From NCBI GenBank assembly GCA_964270895.1, contig OZ185437.1: 64,000 nucleotides of DNA; one strand, 5' to 3'. Of the stretch, positions 11,620 through 21,494 are shown piece by piece; positions within the stretch are counted from its first letter, which is position 1; each line of letters starts with the position of its first letter. A model generated the notes under the pieces. It saw only the letters and a program-made list of their open reading frames with translations. It was not told where the DNA came from and did no database searches. This stretch comes from Podarcis filfolensis (taxonomy: Eukaryota). The position numbers were made by a program, and so were the translations under genes.

Positions 11620-13419
11620 AAAGGGGATTGTAAACTGATCGGTTAATGTTTATAACAACTGGCCATAGCTGTGATTTTTTGTCTCAATTTTTTTTGAGTT
11701 TTGCTAAATCCTAAACATAAAATCATTTCCTTAATAACAATAATTGACTTAGCCAAGTTTTTTTTTAAAAAAAAATCATATCATAATAAGGGGGGGCAGA
11801 CACTGGGCAAGTATAAAAAATGTACACAGTAATCTTCAGGGATCATATCAGGTTTGAATAACAAAAACGATTCTGTTTTATATTGCAAGGTCAGGAAATG
11901 AAGGTGCTGAAAAAGGAGAAGACACATAAAGAAAGAAAAACAGCAAATCAGGAGACTTCAGCTTAACCAGATCTGTTTAAACGTTGATGGTGGAGACAGA
12001 CAACTGAGGCCTGGGATTAAATAAAAACCAATGCAGTGATTTAAAGGAAGATATATATAGGTAGGAAGGAGAACAGAAGTGGGGAAATGGATGTAGTTAA
12101 TCAGGGCCAGATCATGAACTTTCCTATGAGATGAAGAACCAGCTTTAGGTGGAGAAAGTTGGACAGGAATTTTCCTTGGTCATTTTGTTACATTTCCATA
12201 GAATACAAACCCTGAGGTCTGGATACCGACCCGTTCGTTCCCTGTACCGTACCTTGTTGTCTTGTCAGCAGTGACTGACTCACGAGTCTATAGGATTTGT
12301 GCAGGCCAGAGAAGTATAGCACACAGAGTGATGGGGGGGACAACAAAACAAGGACTCTTGAGATAATGCATGGTATCTATCTTTCTCTTCTGTTTCCCCT
12401 CAGCCTCTGGACTTAATGGGCAAAATGTTCCAGGCAAGGACAACAGCATAGATTACATATCCTAAAACAGAATAGGGCAACTTAACATGCTTGCATTATT
12501 GTAACCATGCTCCATTTGGCCCTGTGTGAATTTATGCTGAAGGCAACTTAAACCTTTTCTTTAACAATTTTTGCTCAAATGCTTTGACCTAAACATGGGA
12601 TTTAGCATCAACCTGCAATTTAGAATGAAGATAAAATGCAGACTAACTGAGTCTAATCCACCAAGACATTGTGTTGCATCCAACTAAGTCATCCCATTTG
12701 CACGAACACTTCTATGTGCACAACTTTACTACTTGCCACGTCCCTCCAAAGCTGTTCTGGAGTCTTGGGGCAACCCCAGAACAGAGGGAGGTACCCAGGG
12801 AGAGGAGAAGAGGTTCTGCAGAACATGCTGCAGTCCTCAGGAAAACATGGCAACTTTGTTGGGTCCAACCCATTATTTTGTGCTGGCCACTGAAGGCTAC
12901 TGAAAAGGTTCATCACAGAGCCTTCTATGTCATCTAATGTGGTGCATTACATAGTGCATAGATGATCCATCCCATGACACACACTCCCTCTCGATAACTC
13001 TGAAGCAGCAGCGATCATGTGACATTCTTTAATTTTAAACTCTGCCCTATTACTCTGGCAACATCCTTAATGAGTGTGGAAGTCTAGCTTACAGGCACTG
13101 ATTCACAGATGAGGAAAGTCAATTCTTCATATAAGAAGAAGAATTGTTATGGGGGTAATGTGTAATTTAGCTACTGATGGTTTTAAAAGCAGCTGAAAGA
13201 TAATATCTTGCTAATTGACATTGCCCAGTGTCCATAAAATGACATCCTACAATGTTTCCTAGTTTGGATGATAAATACGACTCAGATAAAACCAATGTAA
13301 GCAGCACTTAACTTTTTAAAAAGTGTCTTTCAGTGCAATCCTACTCCTGTCTATTTAGAACTAAGTCCAGTGTGGTTCATTGGGACTCAGGTGAGCACAA
13401 TTGTACCCTTGAGGTTTTC

Positions 13420-13852
13420 CTGTGGGCAGATCTGTCAGTTTTGTTCTCTCTGTTTTTCATTTGTTCAGTCTTAACTTAACATGTCCACATCAGTTTGCAA
13501 ATTATTGTTATATATTTATTTTTAGTCCTTGTGAAACTTCATGATTTCATGAAGTGCGGATTTCTTCTAATAAGCACATTTTTTGCAATTTTGCCTAATA
13601 TACATACTTTGGGGAAAACAACTTCCCCTAATATTATATGTTTTTGTATGTTGGTTTCATGCATGCATGCACTTTTATGCATTCCTTGCACTATTAAATG
13701 CATTTTTTGTACACACTACTTAGCTTACATTGCTGGGAAACTATACTGCAAAATTCAGAGTGTACAAATTTCAAAGGATGGCTGTGCATTAGTTGGAAAG
13801 TGTGAATTAAATGGAGCTACCTTTAAATGTGGATCAAATTTCTCCTCCATTC
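13420..13852 (+). mobile_element. AT-rich interspersed element copy
   Basis: Begins gtgggcagatctgtcagttttg; contains tttcaaaggatggctgtg and ctttaaatgtgg, matching tttcaaaggatggttgtg and ctctaaatgtga in 6632-7036. Confidence 0.6.
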
Positions 13853-14207
13853 CATGGTGCTTGAACACCCTCTGTGCTCCATCTCCCCACTCCTTTGGTC
13901 ATGAGGTGGTATGGTGGTACCTTGAAAAGCACATAGAACGGAAGGAAGAGTAACAGGTTTTCCAACTTCCTCTTTCAGCTCTGTGCTTGTCCCTTGGGAA
14001 AGTGATGTGCGATTGTATGCACTTTTTCTGTCTCTCTGATGAGGAATGATTTGGTGGAGAGAAGTGACCAAAGGAGGTGGCACCCACAGCACTCATTCAA
14101 AAATTCAAACATGCCTACAAGTCTTAAAAGATTGGCTCAACAACTTTGTCCAGATTTTCACTTTTTGATACTTTTTTCACTTCAGATACTTTCAGATTCT
14201 TCAGATA

Positions 14208-14305
14208 GGGATCTGAAAAAGTGTGCATGCACACAAAAGCTCATACCGATAACAAACTTAGTTGGTCTCTAAGGTGCTACTGGAAGGAATTTTTTATTTT
14301 GTTTC
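14208..14305 (+). mobile_element. Penelope-like element terminal fragment
   Basis: gatctgaaaaagtgtgcatgcacacaaaagctcatacc...aacttagttggtctctaaggtgctactgga matches, from memory, the end of reptile Penelope elements. Confidence 0.7.
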
Positions 14306-14493
14306 CTCATGTATGCTATCTAGCTCTATATAGTATCTAAAGCTCCATGCATGCATCAGCAATGAATTTTATTGACTTAGAGAGATAAGCCCCTTTCCAT
14401 GCCCACTAAGCATGGAGTGCCTTTGCCCAGCGGTGCCGTGGCCCATAGATTGCAGCAAAATTCTGGGCAAGGTTTTGCCCAGTATCTTCTCTG

Positions 14494-15172
14494 TGTGATG
14501 GGCTCATGGGAAAAAGCTGTCCCATGAGCCTTTGCTGAAGAGGGGAGGGGAAAGCCTATATAAGGCTGCTTCCCCTGGAGCTCACAGCCATTATGCTTTG
14601 AGAGCTGCTCTCCTACACACCCTTGAGTTAGAGCCTTCACTGAGAAATTTTGGGTTGTTGGTTGACAGGGCCGGAAAGGAATTTTTTTTCTCTCAACCTG
14701 ACTGGCACTTGGATGCGTTTTTTTCACCTTTCTCTCAGTGAAATTATGGCTTTCCTTTGTTAAACAGAAAAACATTGTTTCTATGAGGGCGAAAATGGCA
14801 TTGGTCAGGATCAACATAGTATAGGGGGGCCCATAAGGGGCCTGAGGGGAGAATTGACCACAGCAAACACAAGTGTGGGTTTGGTATCTGCCTGGTTGGA
14901 ATCTGCACCCTGGTCCTCCAGTGGGACCTTCCTTGCTTGACTTGTACCACAGCAAGGTTCAACACTGGCTGACTCCCGTCATACAGGTTTGGAGTGATCC
15001 AAACCCAGCGGATCCATTCCATCAACATGGGGCTTGTGGAATGAGGAACAGATCCTGGGACCCAGTGCCATGCCAACCCTTGCCTTGCCTGCTGCTGTCG
15101 ATAAAGATTTGGCCTGATTTTATCCCATCACCGTTGTACAGTCTGGTTATTTTGCTGCTCTCATGGGTCACA
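14494..15172 (+). mobile_element. Putative solo LTR or unclassified GC-richer insertion
   Basis: TGTGA...TCACA ends; TATATAA at 14557-14563; GATAAA at 15100-15105; GC-richer than flanks. No TSD found, so boundaries are uncertain. Confidence 0.3.
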
Positions 15173-16353
15173 TAATGTGCCTGCCTGGGCAAACACATTG
15201 TATACATGGGAACATGGGGGAAGTACCCCTAATTATAAGCAACAAACCATTTGATTACAGACATCTTTCTTCAGAACCCACCTCCCTCCCTACTAGGGGA
15301 GGCGAAAGATGTCAACTTTAACTTTGTTTTCCAGACTAGATATGAGTAAGATTAATGCAATGCTTTCTGAAGATCCAGGGATCTTTACTGATATTGAGTT
15401 TATTACCAAAATCTCTGCTGCTCTTTCTCAGCTTTCACAGTTACTTCCTCCAATATGCCTCAGGGACTTGTGTCCTTTATATCTTCCATCAAGTGCTCCA
15501 AATAATTCATCATTTTCTCAAAGCAGAAGTATGACATCCCGGTGACCAACGAGTCACTTAGAACAGTCTCTCAGCTAGTTGGCACCATTATATGCAGAAA
15601 GGGCAAACGTGAACACCAGAGGGGAAAAACAGGGAGGGTTTAGTTTGTTGGTTTTTTACTCATCTCTTTGCCTTACCCACAATGTATACATTGCCTAGAA
15701 AACAGTTGTTAGGTGTGCGTAATTGAATGGGAGATGAACCTTCATGGTACTTTAATGAAGAATTATATTACTGCCCAGGCAGCACAAAGTTAGTTTGCTT
15801 CGCAGCTGCCTCAGCCCTAAATTATTTCATTAATATTGGCCCGTGTTTCCAATTTCTCCCGGGGGCATGAAGACTGGAGGAGTGTAGAAAGATGCAAATT
15901 ATAACTCTCACCCTGTCCTATCTCATCATTAGGATGCACAGGAGGAGAAAAGTGTGGAAACGGCATTTCTCTGGCAAGGGAAAACAGGTCTCTTCCGTTG
16001 GGAAAATGGGGCTTGTTTTCAGAAAGAAAATGATGGCTCTATTTTAAGTTGCTCTTTAGAGTGATGTACAATTAAATGCGCGGCTTCTTTTTCTGCCTTT
16101 CTTTCCCTTTGCCTCTGGTAGATTTTTTTTTTAAAAAAATCCAAAATATCAAAGCTTTCATATTCCAAGCTTTGAATCATGGACTCAGTTTATTTCTTTT
16201 TGTTGCCCCTATCTGGGTTAATGCTGGCTTTGGAAGGCGCTGAAGAATGGGCAACTCTTGCATTGTCCTGATGTTTTCATGATACCCTGGCAGAAGAACA
16301 TGGACAGGCCCTTAATGGCACCCATGCCTTGCCCAGGGTACCTACTAGATACA

Positions 16354-16884
16354 CCGTATTTTTCGCTCTATAGGACTCACTTTTTCCCCTCCAAAAATTA
16401 AGGGGAAATGTGTGTGCGTCCTATGGAGTGAATGCAGGCTCCTTGGCTTCAGTGATAGCAATGTGAAGCCTCCGAAGTGCAGAGGGAGCGCTCCCTCTGT
16501 GCTCCGGTTGGCTTCGCGTTGCTTTCGCTGAAGCCTGGAGAGCGAGAGGGGTCGGTCTGCACCGACTCCTCTCACTCTCCAGGCTTCAGGGATAGCCTCC
16601 TGAAGCCTTGGGAGCGCAGCGGGACCTCGTGCTGCGCTCCAAAGGCTTTGGGTTCCTTTTGCTGAAGCTGGGAGAGCAAGACTCTCCTGGCTTCAGCAGA
16701 GAGGGAGAGCTCCACAGTACCCCTTCAGCGAAGCGGGAGGAGAAATGGAAGGGGCTCTGTTTCTCCTGCTGCTTCGCTGAAGGGGTGCTGAGCAGAGAGG
16801 GGGAGAATTTTTTTTTCTTGTTCTCCCCCTCTAAAACAAGGTGCGTCCTATGGTCGGGTGCGTCCTATAGAGCAAAAAATATGG
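16354..16884 (+). mobile_element. Tc2/pogo-like MITE, long hairpin-array form
   Basis: TIR ccgtatttttcgctctatagg / cctatagagcaaaaaatatgg; TA on the right (16885-16886), CA on the left; same termini as 2070-2321 but a different interior. Confidence 0.88.
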
Positions 16885-17199
16885 TACATATGCTACCAGA
16901 CCAGCATGGACCTAAAAATAGTGCTTTGGGAGCTCTGTGTTTCCTTCTACATGCTAATGTTCCATGTAAAAAAGATTATAACATTCTCATGCAGTCACCC
17001 TCTGCACTTCCCTCGGAGGAGGCACATGGGGAAGGACCTCTCATAAAGGCTGCAGAGCTCAGGCTGGTTTACGTGGGGAAAGCCAATCTTTAAGCTATGT
17101 GCAACTCATTCTTTTTTTCAGCAGCTGTAACTGAGTGCAGCTGGGAGGAAAGCAGCAGTGGAAAGGAAATAGATGGTCATGGGAAGGACTAAGAATCCT

Positions 17200-17372
17200 C
17201 TGTATAGCTTCATAGGAAGCTGCCAATGAGTCAGACCATTGATCCACCAGGATTGTCTAAGCAGTGACTTTCCAGGGTTTCAGGCAGTCTATTCTATTCC
17301 TATCTTGAGAAACCAGATTTTGAACCTGGGACCTTAAACATGCAAAGTAGATGCACTACCCAGTAGCTCAGT
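17200..17372 (-). mobile_element. tRNA-Ala-derived SINE, decayed
   Basis: cataggaagctgcc tail and tgaacctgggaccttaaacatgcaaagtagatgcactacc head, read on the minus strand. Confidence 0.65.
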
Positions 17373-17869
17373 AGCTATGGTTCTTTCTGCCAAATCTCCC
17401 CTATAAATGTCTCACCTCTGTATTCTTGGGGCAAACAGAATGCTGGACCAGATGGACCTTTGATCTGATCCATCAGGGTGTGTCTTACATTCTTATATTA
17501 TCCCACATGTGACTGATAAACACTGCAGTTTCAATATACATTTTATTTGTGTGAATTTGAAACGGTTGACTCTCTCATTGAGGTCTACTGCTTAAAGCAA
17601 GATAAAGTACTCTGTTTACTGAGTATTGAGGAAATTATGCTTCCAAAATGCAAGAAGCATTGCCCCAAGAAGCAGGGCTTGTCACTTCATTCATTGTTGC
17701 ATTTTTTCAATTAGCTCACTATTTGTATTATCTAATCAGAAGATGAGGCACTATTAACATCATTCTGTTTTTACTGTTTTCATTCATTTATAAATAGCCT
17801 GGGGCTGGCAAGCATTTAATATTTGAGAGAAAGAAAAATCTCTTATGAATGTGTGCCATTCCTTTCAAA

Positions 17870-18040
17870 GGCAGGACTGTAGTTCAGTGGTGGAGCCCAT
17901 GCTTCGCATGCAGAAGATCCCAAGTTAATTCCCTGTCATCTCCAGATAGGGCTGGAACATCCCTATCCAAAACCCTGGAGAACTGGTGCCAGTACAAATA
18001 TGTAGATATGGATATAGTTATAATGAGCTATGTGGACCCA
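17870..18040 (+). mobile_element. tRNA-Ala-derived SINE
   Basis: gtagttcagtggtggagcccatgcttcgcatgcagaagatcccaagttaattccctgtcatctcca aligns to vertebrate tRNA-Ala, followed by body aaccctggagaactggtgccagt. Confidence 0.72.
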
Positions 18041-18669
18041 ATGGACAGCAGATGTTTTGAGATCCACTGAACAGAGAATGCTGCTTTATACCGAGTCAGA
18101 TTATCAGTATTGTTTACACTGACTGGCAGCAACCATTATGTTCTGCCTTCTTCAGAGCTGAGGCCCTGGCACAACTCTTCAGGGACTGCCATCAAGGTTG
18201 GATTATCCATGGTGCAATTGGAGGAATTGCACCAGGGCCTGTGCGTGCAAAGTGCCTCAAAGTATGTGCTTCCTTCCTTTCTTTCTAATCTGTCTCTAGC
18301 CCTTGCAGAAGGCAAGTTATGAATCAAAATGTGCAGGGTATTGAGCTGACTAGAGGTAAGGTTTTCCTGAAGTCCAGGATGCAAGTTGCCCAGTATAAAC
18401 AGAACTAAGGTCACTTGAGGGCCCACCAAGTTATTAGTACACATTGTTAATTCAGTGGATACTTTTAAATGTGACATTGCTGAATTCTAGTATTTTAATT
18501 TGTTGCATTATTTCCACTCTTCATTTCTCCTGCTCTCTGATTAAATTTGGTGGAGACTGGTCCATTATGGCAACCAGCGTTTAGGCTTACAAAATGCAAT
18601 GTAAGCAATTATTTTGAAGTTTTTCCCCAAAATCTCCATGTTACACTCTTTCCTTTCCCACACATCCTT

Positions 18670-18752
18670 TTTGACCTTCTTCAGTATCTTCACAACAGTC
18701 ATGTGAGGTAGGTAGAGCTGAGAGATGGTGACTAGCCCAAGGCAGGAAGTGA
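18670..18752 (-). mobile_element. Core fragment of an L2-tailed/CORE-type SINE
   Basis: gtgaggtaggtagagctgagagatggtgactagcccaagg is the reverse complement of the core seen in 8737-8979. Confidence 0.5.
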
Positions 18753-18789
18753 GGAAAAATATGATGCATTAAGTGCACATGGTCCATAG

Positions 18790-19137
18790 GTAAAGGTAAA
18801 GAGACCCCTGACCATTAGGTCCAGTCGTGGCCGACTCTGGGGTTGCGGCGCTCATCTCGCTTTATTGGCCAAGGGAGCCGGCGTTTGTCTGCAGACAAAC
18901 CAGCATGACTAAGCCACTTCTGGCGAACCAGAGCAGCGCACGGAAATGCCGTTTACCTTCCCACCGGAGTGGTACCTATTTATCTACTTGCACTTTGACA
19001 TGCTTTCGAACTGCTAGGTTGGCAGAAGCTGGGACTGAACAACGGGAGCTTACCCCGTCGCTGGGATTCGAACTGCCGACCTTCTGATCGGCAAGTCCTA
19101 GGCTCTGTGGTTTAACCCACAGCGCCACCCGTGTCCC
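18790..19137 (-). mobile_element. Sauria SINE, young, near full length
   Basis: Tail gtaaaggtaaagagacccctgacc and head cgccacccgtgtccc. 16-bp TSD tgcacatggtccatag at 18774-18789 and 19138-19153. Confidence 0.95.
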
Positions 19138-21355
19138 TGCACATGGTCCATAGTTGGCCAAAAAGAAGTTTGCAGTTTGCTTAAATTTTTGAAACTGCTT
19201 GTGGTCAATGGATTTATGTAGTCCACAAAAGCTTGCACCCTTATAAATGTGTTTGTCTTGAAACCACAATATTTTTCATGATTTCTTTCATGCCTTCTTT
19301 TCTGGAGAAAGCAGGGACTATTTGGGGAAGTGCACCAAGGACTCCAGACCACCTTAATCCTGCCATGCTTGGCATAGCACTGTTGTGGGTGAGCGAAGTG
19401 GCACGAGACCAGGCTTTCACCGCTGCACATCGCAGAGTTTGTTAAACTTTGGCTGTTAGACTGTAAAGCCTTTGAATCCAGTGATCTGTCTTGTCCATGC
19501 ATAACGGCTGGAACCTAGTGCAAGCTCTTGGGACACGGCAGGCTATAAATCAAAATGAACAAATAGGACTAAACCCTTTTTAGCTTGTGTCCTCGTGTGA
19601 TTGTCCTAATGTTTCGATACCTCTTGATGTGCCTGCAATGTTTGTCAGTGTGCCAGCTGAAGGGCAGTGTTTGTAGTAAGATGGAATGGTGTGGACTAGC
19701 CCTCTGCTTTTTGATCCCATGCATCATTACCATGTCCCCATCTGTGGCTGGTGAATGCATCTTCTCTCTCTCGCCTTCATTCTCTCAGTCTTCTGTAGCC
19801 AGATGTCTGCCATCAAGCAGCTTTTGCAAATAATTCAAAAGCAAAACTTGATGAGGTAAAATGTTCTCATGCTGGATTTGCTGTTAACTTAGGGGTGCTG
19901 CAGAAGCAGCCTATGCTTCATAGAGAGGACATTTTCCACCTTTCACTGCTCATTAGAGTGGATTCACATTAATTGGCTAACAAAACTCCACAGGGGAGGT
20001 TGACTTGCCTGAAAAACTACTTCAGAGCTCATGATGTACTTGAGAGCATGTTGAGCTTAGACCAGAGAGACCTGTGTTCAAATCTCTATTTCATCAAGTT
20101 TTCTGGGTGATCTAATCATTAATGCTCAGGCATGAGGAAGAGGGCTTTTTCCATGGTGGCTCCATGACTTAGGCATTCACTGACCTCCTCTTGCCTCTCC
20201 CATTCTTAACTAAATACCTAAATAAATCACACAGCACCATTAATATGTGTGCTATACAAGAATGTGGATATCTATTGATTGTGCACTTTCGTAACCTAAT
20301 ATATCTCCCAAAGATCTGAATAAAAACTTAAACAAAATTAACAATAAACCACAACTGAGTTGCTGAATTGTTGCAGAATTATTTGGCTAAATAGAATATC
20401 ACTTCTTTGAAATTTGTTTTGCTAGCTCACAATCTCAGAGCTGAGGCAAGCTGTTGCATTGAGCATTCTGTGGTGATATAAGGCAGATACTTCAACAGCC
20501 TTAAAAAAAAATACAAAGCCAAATGTATGTTAAACTTGTTTTGGCTGTTGCAAGGCTTGATTCCTGTTTTCCAACACCTGATGAGAACCCAGTGAGATGA
20601 AGAAAAATCCCTTATGCTCTTATCCAACCCACACACAATGTGGGAGAAACTAAACTATGAGTGAAGGTGATAGCAATAAGGAGTATTTAATGTCTTCTTC
20701 CTCCCTTTATTTGCCTAGCTCCCTTTCTATTATCAGATCCTTAATCACAGATAAGACTCCACAGGTTTTGCTGAAGGCCTGGTGAATGAATTAACCATCA
20801 TATGGCTTAAAATCCTCTATCAGGAACAGGATGAGTGGAGAGGGCTGGAGAATGCTCTTAAAAGTAACCCATTTTTGCCATAAAGGTGAGTGGTATTAAA
20901 CAGTGTTATTTTTTGGTTTTTAGTAAAGTTTACATAATTCCTTGCTTTCTAGGTTGAGAAAATTGATTGATGGGCAGTAAATTTGTGCTGAGCTAGGCAG
21001 ATGCAGGCTAAGCACCTCTAGCGTACGAAATGTTCTTTTCCTGAGCACATACTTTAAGATATTGTCTCTATAACTTGCAGAGTAAATGGAATAACAACAT
21101 CTCTACCAAATACACTTTCTCAAGTATAATGTGTTCAAGGTCTTTCTCTAAAAGTAAACATTGAAAATAGCCGACATGTGAAAACCTAGTTTTCCAGAAA
21201 GAAGTGCTCCTTCTTAATATGAGAGTGTTCTATTGGCAAGGAAGTTTTGACTCTAGGAGAAGGATATCCTCTTGCTCAGACTCTGTACTCCATGGGCACC
21301 AAACATGTGCAGTCTAAAATGGCCTGTGCTGATTCCAACTTGGATTATTTCTACC

Positions 21356-21494
21356 CAGTGCTATTTTTCTAGAAAAAGAGGTGCTGGAACTCACCATGAA
21401 CTTATCCCTTGTTCTTTTAGAATGGCAATGGCACCCAACTGAGAGGTGCCAGAGCTGAGTTTCAGTGAGCTCTGGCAAAAGAAAAAAAGGCCCG
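21356..21494 (+). mobile_element. hAT-like MITE (cagtgctatttttctagaaaaagagg family)
   Basis: Same left end at 40566 and 47037; degenerate 8-bp TSD tttctacc / tttccact. Confidence 0.65.

Noticed and set aside
12669-12900. Possible repeat family with gttgcatcca ends (also near 40915 and 46600-46760)
   Set aside because: Too decayed to define boundaries or class by eye.
13495-13953. 152-aa hydrophobic, Cys-rich ORF
   Set aside because: Lies over the AT-rich interspersed repeat; composition reflects T-rich DNA and has no domain motif.
14377-15175. Overlapping ORFs of 100-192 aa on both strands
   Set aside because: No gag, pol or env motifs or other recognisable domain; expected in GC-richer repeat DNA.
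16608-17093. 161-aa ORF
   Set aside because: Runs through the hairpin MITE and its TIR into flanking DNA; no transposase motif.
20766-20970. aag/gtgagt donor at about 20885 and tttctag acceptor at about 20952
   Set aside because: All frames from the plausible upstream acceptors hit stops before the donor; no support for a coding exon.
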